A stretch of DNA of 64,000 bases from an uncultured Candidatus Saccharibacteria bacterium. GTDB taxonomy: Bacteria; Patescibacteriota; Saccharimonadia; CAILAD01; JADZBC01. Where the stretch lies: NCBI GenBank assembly GCA_964600985.1, contig CAZRJR010000001.1, positions 45,319 through 109,318 of the forward strand. Reading direction: 5' to 3'. The notes below the pieces were generated by a model. It was not told where the DNA came from. It ran no database searches and was given only the letters and a program-made list of their open reading frames with translations. Each line of letters starts with the position of its first letter. Within the stretch, counting starts at the first letter, position 1. Of the stretch, positions 38,463 to 48,444 are shown in pieces. The position numbers and the translations under genes were made by a program.

Positions 38463-39644
38463 ATGAAGGCTCGGAACCGAATATATCTAGATTACGCTGC
38501 TGCTACTCCCCTCGATAGTAGGGTGGCAGAGGTAATGGCTGAGGCTCAGCAAGTGTATGCTAATCCTAGTACTCTCTATACTGAGGGGCGGGTAGCAAGG
38601 GTGGCTTACCAGGATGCTAAGAAGCGAATTGCTATGGTGCTTGGTGTGCGTGCCGGTGAGATCATGCTCACCTCGGGCGCTACAGAATCGGATAACTTAG
38701 CAATTCTCGGTGCAGTGCGGCCACATTTGGCACAAAATGCCCACATAGTAACTATCCCGACTGAGCACAAATCCGTGCTCGAGCCGATTGCTCAATTAGA
38801 ACACGAGGGCGCGAGTGTGAGTATGGCGCGCGTTGACCACAATGGGGTAGTAGACCTGGTAGATTTAGAACGAGCAATAGGGGAGTCGACCGTGTTGGTC
38901 TCGATTGCAGTCGCTTCGAGCGAGATTGGCACCATTCAGCCCATGGCAAAAATTGGTCAGTTGATCACAAAGATTAAGAAAAATAGGGTAGAGCGGGGGA
39001 TTACTACTCCCCTACTTCTCCACTCGGATGCTTCGGCAGCGGCCGGCCTACTCCCCCTCTCCCCCGCTCGCCTTTCCGCCGACCTTCTCACGCTTAACCC
39101 TTCTAAGTTTTATGGCCCGCGTTCGGTTGGCATTTTGCATGTAAAGTCGGGGACTCAACTCTCGCCCATTATATATGGCGGCGGCCAGCAGGGCGGTTTG
39201 CGCCCAGGGCGTGAAGATGTGGCGAGTGCTCTGGGCGCTGCTATGGCGTTCGAACTTTCCGAGCAGGCACGACAGATTGAGGCTGCTCGGCTGGCACTCC
39301 TGCGCGATGAACTCCTGCGCGGTTTAGCACAGGCGCTACCCAGCCATCTACTAAACGGTCACCCTACTCGGCGCTTAGCCAATCATGTAAGCATTTGCCT
39401 ACCAGGCCTAAACGGTGAAGATATACAAGCACGCTTAGACGCCCGAGGATTTGCTGTAGCTACAGGTGCTGCCTGTGAAGCCACGAGTGACGCGCCGAGC
39501 ACCGCTATACTAGCTTTGGGTCGAAGCCAGACCGAAGCTCAAGGGTCGCTACGCATTACCTTGGGGCGTGATACGACAGCTGAGCATATTGCAAGTTTTA
39601 TTGATGCTTTAAAGCAAGTAGTGCAGGATCTTGCTACACTATAA
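38463..39644 (+). CDS. iscS: Cysteine desulfurase
   Basis: IYLDYAAATP, TSGATESDN, EHKSV, KFYGP, TGAAC; clustered with mnmA. Confidence 0.9.
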   Translation: MKARNRIYLDYAAATPLDSRVAEVMAEAQQVYANPSTLYTEGRVARVAYQDAKKRIAMVLGVRAGEIMLTSGATESDNLAILGAVRPHLAQNAHIVTIPTEHKSVLEPIAQLEHEGASVSMARVDHNGVVDLVDLERAIGESTVLVSIAVASSEIGTIQPMAKIGQLITKIKKNRVERGITTPLLLHSDASAAAGLLPLSPARLSADLLTLNPSKFYGPRSVGILHVKSGTQLSPIIYGGGQQGGLRPGREDVASALGAAMAFELSEQARQIEAARLALLRDELLRGLAQALPSHLLNGHPTRRLANHVSICLPGLNGEDIQARLDARGFAVATGAACEATSDAPSTAILALGRSQTEAQGSLRITLGRDTTAEHIASFIDALKQVVQDLATL

Positions 39645-39646
39645 CT

Positions 39647-40237
39647 ATGCATAAATTCCTTATCAGTTTGGGAGTAGTATGTGGTGGATTGGCTATTGTG
39701 GCTGGTCTGGCATTCTTTGGCTTGGGCTTTTACCTTTCACCCCAAGACAAGCTTGAAAAAGCGGACGCCATTGTAGTGGTGTCGGGGGGGCAAACGACCA
39801 CTCGGGCGGAGTACGGCATAAAGCTCTACAAAGCTGGCTATGCGCCAACCATTGTTTTTAGCGGTGGTGCGATTGATGATGGACCGTCGAATGCGGCAGC
39901 AATGCGCCAGCAAGCTCTTGAGGCTGGTCTGAGTGACGACAACATCCTACGCGACGACGACTCACAGAATACCTACGAAAACGCAGTAAATTCTAAGCGA
40001 CTATTGGATAGCATTGGGGCCAAAAAGATCATACTCGTAACCTCTCCCTACCACCAGCGCCGCACCGACCAAACGTTTCGAAAGGTACTAGGGCCGAACT
40101 ACAAAGTAATTGGCTCGTCGGCCGTGGATAGTCGCTGGAGCAAGTCGGCTTGGTGGGAGACTGGCTTTGGCTTTAATATATCTATGAGTGAGCTGTATAA
40201 GCTCCTCTACATTGGGCTAACCGGTAGTTACCAATGA
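39647..40237 (+). CDS. YdcF/DUF218 family protein
   Basis: ADAIVVVSGG, SQNTYENA, LVTSPYHQRR. Confidence 0.88.
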   Translation: MHKFLISLGVVCGGLAIVAGLAFFGLGFYLSPQDKLEKADAIVVVSGGQTTTRAEYGIKLYKAGYAPTIVFSGGAIDDGPSNAAAMRQQALEAGLSDDNILRDDDSQNTYENAVNSKRLLDSIGAKKIILVTSPYHQRRTDQTFRKVLGPNYKVIGSSAVDSRWSKSAWWETGFGFNISMSELYKLLYIGLTGSYQ

Positions 40238-41391
40238 GCGAACGTGTTTTTGTAGGTCTGTCTGGCGGGGTGGATAGCTCGGTGGCTGCTGCGTTGTTGC
40301 AGCAGCAAGGCTACGACGTGGTGGGTGTGTTCATGAAAAACTGGAGTCGTGACATCGGTGCTAACCACTGCCCGTGGCGAGAGGACCTAGCCAGTGCACG
40401 AAGTGTGGCTGCGCATCTTGGCATTGAACTACGGGTGTATGACTTTGAGCAGCAATACTTTGATAGCGTTGCTAAATACATGATCGAAACATACCAGAAG
40501 GGACTCACGCCGAACCCAGATGTAATGTGCAATGCCGAAATAAAGTTCAAAGTGTTTGCCGAACGGTGTTTTAGCGAAGGGGCAGATTATATTGCTACCG
40601 GCCACTACGCCAGGGTCGGTCGCTGTGCGGAGCACTCTGCTGTGTCGCAGCCTCAAGTGCTCGCTCGGCTCGGGGACACCACACCTCTGCTGCGCGCTTC
40701 AACTGCTCCGCGTATAGCATCTCTGCACAGCAACCTTCAACACATCTGCTTAAAGCGAGCAGCGGATGCCAATAAAGATCAAACGTATTTTTTGTATCGA
40801 GCGCCGGCAGAGAATTTAGCTCGCACCCTTTTTCCACTCGGTGAACTGCCTAAGCCAAGGGTGCGTGAGTTGGCACATGAGCTTGGCCTGCCTACGGCAA
40901 ATCGGCCTGACTCTCAAGGCTTATGTTTTGTAGGTAACATCCCTTTGCGTTCGTTCCTGGGTGAATTTATACCTCCTAAGCAAGGAGATATCATCGATCA
41001 AGATGGTAAAGTGATTGGGCGGCACGATGGCGCTTTCTTCTACACTATTGGCCAACGACACGGGTTGGGCGTAGGGGGTGGGAAGCCATACTTCGTATAT
41101 CGTATAGACGTCGTCAAAAACGAGCTACATGTTACGACCGATCCCGAAGCGCTCGAAATGAACACAAGAGAATTTACTATAGGTGACTGCGTGTGGTTGA
41201 CTCAGCCAAAAGAGGATGAGATGTATAATGTGCAGGTGCGTTACCGCACGCCGGCCAAGCCTGGTCGGCTAACAAAGCAGGGGCACAACTGGCGCGTAGT
41301 ACTCGAAAATCTGGAGCGGGCGATCACGCCTGGCCAATCAGCAGTTATATATGACGACGACGTGGTTGTGGGTGGTGGAATCATAGCGTAA
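40234..41391 (+). CDS. mnmA: tRNA 2-thiouridylase
   Basis: SGGVDSS, TPNPDVMCN, ATGHYA, KDQTYFL, DSQGLCF, TIGQRHG, TPGQSAV. Confidence 0.96.
   Translation: MSERVFVGLSGGVDSSVAAALLQQQGYDVVGVFMKNWSRDIGANHCPWREDLASARSVAAHLGIELRVYDFEQQYFDSVAKYMIETYQKGLTPNPDVMCNAEIKFKVFAERCFSEGADYIATGHYARVGRCAEHSAVSQPQVLARLGDTTPLLRASTAPRIASLHSNLQHICLKRAADANKDQTYFLYRAPAENLARTLFPLGELPKPRVRELAHELGLPTANRPDSQGLCFVGNIPLRSFLGEFIPPKQGDIIDQDGKVIGRHDGAFFYTIGQRHGLGVGGGKPYFVYRIDVVKNELHVTTDPEALEMNTREFTIGDCVWLTQPKEDEMYNVQVRYRTPAKPGRLTKQGHNWRVVLENLERAITPGQSAVIYDDDVVVGGGIIA
40618..40735. repeat. In-frame palindromic insertion in mnmA
   Basis: ggtcgctgtgcggag ... ctctgcacagcaacc inverted arms (13/15, the two mismatches can form G-U pairs). 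Confidence 0.7.
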
Positions 41392-41407
41392 GTGGTATAA
41401 TTCGCCC

Positions 41408-42160
41408 ATGGAACCAGACGTAAATCAGCCCTCAACTCCCCCTTCAGCTCCTGCTCCAGGACAGTCATTTCAGCCATCGGCGCCCAATCCTTCAGCCAAA
41501 AAACCTAAAAGGGCGGGTGGGCCAAGCACATACCATGTGTCATGGCCGGTAGTGTTTGTGGTACTCATACTAATAATTATGTCTCTCGGTGGCTGGGGTT
41601 ATCTTCGCTACGCTCGCTTGCAAAGCCAGCTTAGCTATAAGGTCGAAGCCTTAAACAACAAGCAAAAGGAGCTCGACCAAACTAAGGCTGATTTAGCAAC
41701 CGCAAGCAAGGTGGTTAATCAAGTTACCGGTGCCTCGGCTACTGTTACTATATCTGAGTGGGGGGTTACGTTTACACCGGGTGCTGATTTAGTGCGCTTC
41801 ACATATGTTATGAACAAAGGCCAGGTTGTACCTTCTACTACCAGCCTCATGGAACTCGCCTGGACTAAGGCCACCGCCCAGACTGCAGTTGGGGACTACT
41901 TGTGTTCGCCTGCCGACTATCCACTTGGGTACATGGCGCGAGGTAAGGCGACCGACAAAGTGCCCGTGGCTGGCAATATTCTGTTTAAAGACTACGCCGA
42001 CACAAAGAGTAACAAAGACGTGATTCAAGTCGGTGAATATTACTATGTAGTTATCGGTCCACAAAGTTCCTGCTCGACCGACAAATCGGTGAGCGATCTC
42101 GTAACCAAGCAAACGGCCGCTCTCAAGGCTGCCTTGCAAACCATGGTATTAGCTCGGTAG
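41408..42160 (+). CDS. Single-TM hypothetical protein with coiled coil
   Basis: Pro-rich N-terminus, TM, coiled coil, ISEWGV, two Cys. Confidence 0.7.
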   Translation: MEPDVNQPSTPPSAPAPGQSFQPSAPNPSAKKPKRAGGPSTYHVSWPVVFVVLILIIMSLGGWGYLRYARLQSQLSYKVEALNNKQKELDQTKADLATASKVVNQVTGASATVTISEWGVTFTPGADLVRFTYVMNKGQVVPSTTSLMELAWTKATAQTAVGDYLCSPADYPLGYMARGKATDKVPVAGNILFKDYADTKSNKDVIQVGEYYYVVIGPQSSCSTDKSVSDLVTKQTAALKAALQTMVLAR

Positions 42161-42200
42161 CTCTCGCCGCCACGACAGGTTATATAGTATAATATCGGCT

Positions 42201-44078
42201 ATGAATGTAGCTGAAATCCGCCATAAATATTTCGAATTCTTTGAGTCCAAAGGCCACAAGCTCATTCCGCGGGCCAACCTTGTGCCGCAGAATGACCCAA
42301 CAACGCTCTTTACCGGCTCTGGCATGCAGCCACTTTTGCCGTATTTATTGGGTGAGCCCCACCCAGCTGGAACGCGTGTCGTTGACTCACAGGCATGCTT
42401 TCGTGCTGAAGATGTCGAAGAGGTGGGCGACAACCGCCACACTACATTTTTTGAGATGCTCGGCAATTGGAGCTTCGGTGCCTACTTTAAAACGGAGCAA
42501 ATCAACTACTTCTTTGAGTTTTTGACCGAGGTAGTGGGCTTGGATCCGAATAAACTCTATGTGACTACGTTTATTGGTGATGAATCAAATGGTATAGGCA
42601 AAGACAGCGAGGCGGCAGAATTGTGGCAAAAGCTATTTGCCAGCAAGGGAGTCATGGCCGAAGTAGCCGAGATCGGCTCGGAAAGCGCTGGGTATAATCG
42701 AGGCATTAATCCTGGTGAGCGAATATTTTACTATGATGCCAAGAAGAACTGGTGGAGTAGGGCGGGCGAGCCTGCTAATATGCCAGCCGGTGAGCCGGGC
42801 GGGCCAGATAGTGAGGTGTTCTATGATTTTGGTACACCACATGATACAACCTTTGGCGAGCATTGCCACCCTAACTGTGATTGCGGCCGCTATATGGAGA
42901 TCGGTAATTCGGTATTTATGCAATATGTGAAGCGAGCCGATGGCGGATTCGATGAGCTAAGTCAGCGCAATGTGGACTTTGGTGGCGGACTTGAGCGTAT
43001 AGCAGCAGCTGCCGAAGGTAGTGGCGATATGTTCCGTATTAGTGTGCTCTGGCCGATCATTGAGCACTTGGAGCGGCTCTCCGGTAAAAGTTACGCCGAC
43101 CAGCCGCTACCGATGCGGATTATTGCAGATCACTTGCGAGCTTCGGTATTTCTGGCGGCCGATGGGGTAGTGCCAAGCAATACCAAGCAGGGTTATGTGA
43201 TGCGCCGCGTGCTGCGCCGAGCTATCCGCCAGGGCTTAGTGTTGGGACTGAGCGACGACTTTCTGGGCGACATTACGCACGTAATCGCAGGGCTATACAA
43301 GCATGATTTTCCGGAGATTGCAGAGCGTGAAGGCGATATTGTTCGTACACTGATGCAGGAAGAAAAACAATTCCGTCACACCCTAGAGCGCGGCTTGCGT
43401 GAGTTCGAGAAGCTTACGGCTGAGTCCAAGAATCTAAGTGGCAAAATAATCTTTGAGCTTTCTGACACCTATGGTTTTCCGAGTGAGCTAAGTGTAGAAG
43501 AAGCCGAGGTGCGTAACATTCCCCTGGACACCAATTGGCAGGACGAGTTTGCTAAGCTAATGGCCGAGCAAAAGGAGCGAAGTCGCACCGCAACAGCCGG
43601 ACAATTTAAAGGCGGTTTGGCCGAGCATAACGAAACAACTACTAAATATCACACAGCTACACACCTTATGTACCGAGCACTCCGAAATGTGTTGGGGGAT
43701 CATGTGGTGCAGCGCGGTAGCAACATTACCAACGAGCGTTTACGCTTCGACTTTAGTCACCACGCCAAAATGACACCAGAGGAGATTAAGGCCGTTGAAG
43801 ATATAGTGAACGATGCGATTGCTAAAGACTACCCTGTGTCGTGGGAAGAGATGCCGACCAAAAGGGCATTCGAGTTGGGTGCGCTGGGTGCCTTTGGTGA
43901 CAAGTATGGTGATAGTGTAAAGGTCTACACAGTGGGCAATAAGGATGGTGACTGGTATAGCAAGGAAATCTGCGGCGGACCACATGTAGAGCACACCGGC
44001 GAGATTGGTAAGTTTAAGATTACCAAAGAAGAATCATCCTCGGCCGGCGTGCGTCGTATTAAAGCAGTTATAGAATAA
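42201..44078 (+). CDS. alaS: Alanyl-tRNA synthetase (short, no C-Ala domain)
   Basis: DPTTLFTGSGMQ, HTTFFEMLGNWS, GLERI, HTATHL, EICGGPHV, ends GVRRIKAV. Confidence 0.96.
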   Translation: MNVAEIRHKYFEFFESKGHKLIPRANLVPQNDPTTLFTGSGMQPLLPYLLGEPHPAGTRVVDSQACFRAEDVEEVGDNRHTTFFEMLGNWSFGAYFKTEQINYFFEFLTEVVGLDPNKLYVTTFIGDESNGIGKDSEAAELWQKLFASKGVMAEVAEIGSESAGYNRGINPGERIFYYDAKKNWWSRAGEPANMPAGEPGGPDSEVFYDFGTPHDTTFGEHCHPNCDCGRYMEIGNSVFMQYVKRADGGFDELSQRNVDFGGGLERIAAAAEGSGDMFRISVLWPIIEHLERLSGKSYADQPLPMRIIADHLRASVFLAADGVVPSNTKQGYVMRRVLRRAIRQGLVLGLSDDFLGDITHVIAGLYKHDFPEIAEREGDIVRTLMQEEKQFRHTLERGLREFEKLTAESKNLSGKIIFELSDTYGFPSELSVEEAEVRNIPLDTNWQDEFAKLMAEQKERSRTATAGQFKGGLAEHNETTTKYHTATHLMYRALRNVLGDHVVQRGSNITNERLRFDFSHHAKMTPEEIKAVEDIVNDAIAKDYPVSWEEMPTKRAFELGALGAFGDKYGDSVKVYTVGNKDGDWYSKEICGGPHVEHTGEIGKFKITKEESSSAGVRRIKAVIE

Positions 44079-44089
44079 TTTACAAAAGC

Positions 44090-44136
44090 AAACGCCCTCC
44101 CCGAAGGGAGCGCATTCGCTCCTCCGAAGAGGGGTG
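44090..44136. terminator. Tandem hairpins between alaS and cassette E
   Basis: ctccc-cgaa-gggag and cgctcctc-cgaa-gaggggtg. Confidence 0.55.
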
Positions 44137-44145
44137 GTCCGGACT

Positions 44146-44913
44146 TTACGATCGGGATGCTTCGATATCTCGAAACATATTCAACTGGTCGATGTAGGCC
44201 TTGCGGCTTTGCATCGAGTAGTGTAGCGCGATGGTCAGGCAGAAGGTTGCAATGATCGCACCTGCTACTCCCAGACAGAGCCAGCCAAGGATGATCGACA
44301 GACCCTGGAAGCCGAACTTAACCTTCCCAGCCGTCACAGATCCCCGGGGTTCGATATTGAGCCGCTTGGAGATAACGCCAACCTTGCCGCCAGTTGTGGC
44401 CAGCAGAACTTCGTGGAAAGCCGTTCCTGTCGTGACCACAACGAGTGGCGCTACCCACCAACCATACATGGCAATCAGTTCGCAGACCAGCGCGATGGCA
44501 ATTGAGACCACCAGGAGCTTGTCTGCCAGCGGGTCAATTGCTTTACCATAGCGGCTTTCAGTACAAAGACCTCGAGCAAGTTCGCCGTCGATGCCATCAC
44601 TGATTATCAGTACGCCCGCGCCAAGGATCCAACCAGCTCGCTCCCAGAAGTTCGTACTGGCAACAAGCCCCCAGACGACGATCCAGAAGGTCCCCAGCCG
44701 GATGGTTGTGATGCTATTGGCGAAGTTGCGTACTAGCCAGGGGCGAGTATCGGGGTATTCTTGCCCTTCTACTCTGTCTGCGAAAAGAGGACGCGTGTCT
44801 GGCCAGTGCATGCAGATCCAGAATTCTAGCGGGTGCAAGAGCCACCGGAAGAACTCTTGAGACATCTTCGAGGCACGCTCAGAGAAGTCTGTTAGCTTTT
44901 GCTGAACGTTCAT
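44146..44913 (-). CDS. CDP-alcohol phosphatidyltransferase family protein (cassette E)
   Basis: ANSITTIR, DGIDGELAR...GKAIDPLADK signature; AGGAGG at 44918-44923. Confidence 0.85.
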   Translation of the reverse strand: MNVQQKLTDFSERASKMSQEFFRWLLHPLEFWICMHWPDTRPLFADRVEGQEYPDTRPWLVRNFANSITTIRLGTFWIVVWGLVASTNFWERAGWILGAGVLIISDGIDGELARGLCTESRYGKAIDPLADKLLVVSIAIALVCELIAMYGWWVAPLVVVTTGTAFHEVLLATTGGKVGVISKRLNIEPRGSVTAGKVKFGFQGLSIILGWLCLGVAGAIIATFCLTIALHYSMQSRKAYIDQLNMFRDIEASRS

Positions 44914-44961
44914 GACTCCTCCTAAGAGCTCGGGTAATGGGTACAGAAAGAACGTGGATAT

Positions 44962-44990
44962 ACCTTACAACAGATTAGGGCAATTCTCAA
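44962..44990 (-). promoter_or_regulatory. Promoter TTGAGA-17-TAAGGT
   Basis: Read directly; leader contains CGTTCTTT. Confidence 0.55.
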
Positions 44991-45045
44991 GCTCTAGCGT
45001 AACGACCAGCTAAGCGTTACAATTATGAGGTAATACAAAGGCAGT

Positions 45046-46314
45046 ATGGCGTTTAAGATTTCTAAAATCACCAAGAAGCTCAACAAAAGGCCCAAGAACC
45101 AATATTTGGTGGCACTTGACATTGGTACCGAGTACGTAAAGGCGTTAATTGGTGAGGTAAAGGGCGGCAAAGTAGAAATAATTGGCGTGGGTCGCCAGCG
45201 TCAACGACTCACTGACATGGCGAATGGTGCGGTTACTGACATTGCTGGCGTGGTAGAGAACTGCGACGCAGCACTCAAGCGTGCCGAAGAAATGGCCGGG
45301 GTGGTGGCTAAAGATGCGGTAGTCGGTATAGCGGGCGAGCTAGTAAAAGGTGGCTCTACCACGGTAAGTTACCGCCGAGCACGACCCAATATGCAGATCG
45401 ACGAAACCGAGCTACGCGATATAATCGAGCGAATTCAGAAGGATGCCTTCGAGAAAGTGCGCAAAGAACTAACCTGGGAAACCGGCCAAAAGGAGCTGGA
45501 CGTAAAGCTGGTAAACGCCGCGGTGGTAGACGTATATATAGATGGCTATAGGGTTACAAACCCGGTCGGATTCCAGGGGCGCGACGTGACTATTCAGATC
45601 TTTAACGCTTTTGCCCCCATGGTGCATTTAGGCGCTTTGCAGTCCGTAGCACGCGACTTAGACCTAAACCTCATTAACGTAGCTGCTGAGCCATTTGCGG
45701 TTGCTAAGTCGGTAGGCGCCGATGACTCTACGGAATTTAGCGCGATATTTATAGATATGGGTGGTGGCACGAGTGACATTGCAGTGGTGAATAACGGCGG
45801 CGTGGAAGGCACTAAGATGTTTGCCATAGCGGGCCGTAGTTTTACTAAGCGAATTGCGAATTCGCTGGGTTTGAGCTTCGAAGACGCCGAGAAGCTGAAG
45901 CTTGATTATTCGGCTGGCAAGTTGAGTGAAGCTAAGACCAAGCAAGTGGCCAAGGCGCTCGAGGGTGATATAGAGGTTTGGTTGAGTGGTGTAGAGCTAT
46001 CGCTCGCGGAGTTTGACCAGCTGGACCACTTGCCTGCCCGCATACTGTTGTGTGGCGGCGCGAGTGCTTTGCCCGAAATCAAAAAAGCCCTTAGCTCAGC
46101 TGAGTGGCAAAAGAAATTACCGTTTGCCCGCAAACCAACCATAGACTTTGTGAGCCCCAGCGAAGTGAGTCGTGTGGTCGATACTACCGCCAAGCTTGTA
46201 AATCAGCAGGACATTACGCCTATGGGGCTAGCGAATCTGGGCCTTGATATTGTAGGTAGTGAGAACTTAAGCGAGAATATCATTCAACGCTTGAGCCGTA
46301 CGCTGAGTTTGTGA
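45046..46314 (+). CDS. FtsA-like actin-fold ATPase
   Basis: ALDIGT, IDMGGGTSD, AEKLK, CGGASAL. Confidence 0.85.
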   Translation: MAFKISKITKKLNKRPKNQYLVALDIGTEYVKALIGEVKGGKVEIIGVGRQRQRLTDMANGAVTDIAGVVENCDAALKRAEEMAGVVAKDAVVGIAGELVKGGSTTVSYRRARPNMQIDETELRDIIERIQKDAFEKVRKELTWETGQKELDVKLVNAAVVDVYIDGYRVTNPVGFQGRDVTIQIFNAFAPMVHLGALQSVARDLDLNLINVAAEPFAVAKSVGADDSTEFSAIFIDMGGGTSDIAVVNNGGVEGTKMFAIAGRSFTKRIANSLGLSFEDAEKLKLDYSAGKLSEAKTKQVAKALEGDIEVWLSGVELSLAEFDQLDHLPARILLCGGASALPEIKKALSSAEWQKKLPFARKPTIDFVSPSEVSRVVDTTAKLVNQQDITPMGLANLGLDIVGSENLSENIIQRLSRTLSL

Positions 46315-46366
46315 CCCTTGTTACAAACCATAACGTTTTAGCAACTTTTGCGCTATAATAGCTCTT

Positions 46367-48025
46367 ATGGATAATGCCGAAGTTATATACCTTGAAGTAG
46401 ATGCCGAGATTACCGAGGCGATAGATAAACTTAAGGCTGCAAAGGGTGACAGCGTAAAGCTAGTTGTGCCTGCGCGCTCAAGCTTGCTACAAAGTAGCGT
46501 AAATCTAAAACTGCTCAAAAAGTCCGCCAAGGACCATGGCAAAGAGCTGGCATTGGTCACGGGCGATAAGACCGCTACGTACTTGGCGGCAGGGGCTGGC
46601 TTGGCAGTGGCCAAGACGGTAAAGGCAGAGCCCAGAGTGCCAGAAGCAGTGCGTGAAGAAGCTGAGCCAGATATTGTAGAGCCCGAGGAATCAGCCGGAA
46701 AGGGTGGTGAGAGTAAATCAGGTAGTAAGTCTTCATCGAGCTCTGGTGGGGGCAAGAGCAGTAAAGCCAAGTCCGACGAGACGGTCGAAGAAGCAATTGT
46801 GTCCAAGCGTATGGTGGGCGAAGAGGATCTGGAGCCCAACGAGTCGGCTGTGAGTAAAAAGAAGGCCAAGGTGCCTAACTACAGCGCTTTCCAGAAGAAG
46901 TTGCTGGTAGCTGCTGGGGTAGTGGCCGCAATTGTGGTGGCGATTATACTGTTTATAACACTCCCAACTGCCAAGCTAATTGTGCTGGCTAAGGCCGATA
47001 AGCTGCCGATTAACTCTAACTTTGTGGTCGACGCTACGGCTACGCAGAACGACCCACAGGCACTTACCTACGCAGGACAAAAGCTCACTCTACAAAAGGA
47101 CCTTACGCAGAACTTTACTGCAACTGGCAAGAAGGATGTGGGCACGAAGGCTACTGGCACGGTTGCTATATCTAACTGTTCAAATTCAGACGACTTTACG
47201 ATTGCGGCGGGCACAGTACTTAGTTCAAGTGGTAAGAACTTTACGCTGAACTCGGCAGTTGCGGTGCCGGGCGCTAAGTTCTCAGGTGGAAACTGTTCGA
47301 AAGCAGGCGTAGCAAATGGCGCGATTACTGCGAGTGCCAATGGTGATAGTTATAATCTTGGCGGAGTTACCTTCTCGATTGCAGGTTATGATCCTAAGGT
47401 GAGCGCTAAAGGTTCCACATCTGGTGGTGCATCCAAAACTGTTACAGTGGTAACGCAGGCCGATATAGACGCGGCGACTCAGCAGGCAGTGGAAGCAGCG
47501 GCCAGCAAATCGCGCGATGAGTTGTTTGCTAAGGCAGGTAAGGACGGTGTGTTGTTCGAGGATACCCTGGCTACCAAGCAAGACTCCGTTACCTCGAGTG
47601 CGCCTGTTGGTAGCGAGGCTAGCAATGGCACGGTCACGGTTAAGGTAACTTACTCGGTCTACGAGACTACCAAGGAGACTATGAACTCACTCTTAAACAC
47701 TTTGGCCAAAGATGGATTGCCCAAGGGCGATCAGCAGCTGTATCAAAACGGTATCGACGACGCGGTCTATACCTTCGTAAAGAATGTGAGTGATACCCGC
47801 GTGCAAATGAATGTGGCCACCAGCGCCTACTATGGTCAGCGAATTGATACGGCGCAAATAGCCAAACAAACTGCCGGCAAGTCAAAAAAGGATGTGACTG
47901 CAATAGTGCAAAAGGATAACCCTAGTGTCGTCTCTACCGAGGTGAATAGTAATCCTTCGCTAATGCCTAGTATGCCTATGCTCAGTAGTCACATACACGT
48001 TATCATCAAGGTGAGTACGCAATAG
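46367..48025 (+). CDS. Single-TM protein with baseplate J-like ectodomain
   Basis: IYLEVDAEITEAIDKL N-terminus, TM, ATGKKDVGTKATG, A.ANGDSYN, GGASK..VVTQADID. Confidence 0.7.
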   Translation: MDNAEVIYLEVDAEITEAIDKLKAAKGDSVKLVVPARSSLLQSSVNLKLLKKSAKDHGKELALVTGDKTATYLAAGAGLAVAKTVKAEPRVPEAVREEAEPDIVEPEESAGKGGESKSGSKSSSSSGGGKSSKAKSDETVEEAIVSKRMVGEEDLEPNESAVSKKKAKVPNYSAFQKKLLVAAGVVAAIVVAIILFITLPTAKLIVLAKADKLPINSNFVVDATATQNDPQALTYAGQKLTLQKDLTQNFTATGKKDVGTKATGTVAISNCSNSDDFTIAAGTVLSSSGKNFTLNSAVAVPGAKFSGGNCSKAGVANGAITASANGDSYNLGGVTFSIAGYDPKVSAKGSTSGGASKTVTVVTQADIDAATQQAVEAAASKSRDELFAKAGKDGVLFEDTLATKQDSVTSSAPVGSEASNGTVTVKVTYSVYETTKETMNSLLNTLAKDGLPKGDQQLYQNGIDDAVYTFVKNVSDTRVQMNVATSAYYGQRIDTAQIAKQTAGKSKKDVTAIVQKDNPSVVSTEVNSNPSLMPSMPMLSSHIHVIIKVSTQ

Positions 48026-48444
48026 TGGGATTGCGTTCAGGGCAGTCCGTAGTTGCATTTGACTTTGGCAGTAAACGAATCGGTGTGGCTCTGGCTGAGT
48101 ATGGTTCTAGTCAGCCCCGACCGCTTACCACTCTCGATGCTACAATGAATCTATGGGCCCAGGTGGGCCATATACTGCGACAGCATAGCCCTGTAATTGT
48201 TGTGGTGGGATGGCCGCGTGGTCTGGATGGCCAGCGTACTGCGCAAACTCATGCTGCCGAAAATTTTGCCAAAGAACTCGAAGCCCGCTATAGTGTCGAG
48301 GTAGCCTTGCAAGACGAAGCACTGAGTAGCGAGGAAGCGCAGGGTAGACTGGACCCTAGGCTCGCAATTCGCAAGCAACGCCAGCTCGTTGATGCGATTG
48401 CTGCACAAGTTATATTGGAGGATTATTTGCGTGAGCATGCTTAA
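48025..48444 (+). CDS. ruvX: RuvX/YqgF family nuclease
   Basis: AFDFGSKRIGVA, VVGWP, DEALSS, DAIAAQVILEDYL. Confidence 0.92.
   Translation: MGLRSGQSVVAFDFGSKRIGVALAEYGSSQPRPLTTLDATMNLWAQVGHILRQHSPVIVVVGWPRGLDGQRTAQTHAAENFAKELEARYSVEVALQDEALSSEEAQGRLDPRLAIRKQRQLVDAIAAQVILEDYLREHA

Noticed and set aside
42201-44078. alaS as a truncated pseudogene
   Set aside because: It ends cleanly after the editing domain; short AlaRS forms are known in reduced genomes.
46367-48025. Prophage or contractile injection system
   Set aside because: No sheath, tube, terminase or capsid genes; the protein is membrane-anchored among housekeeping genes.
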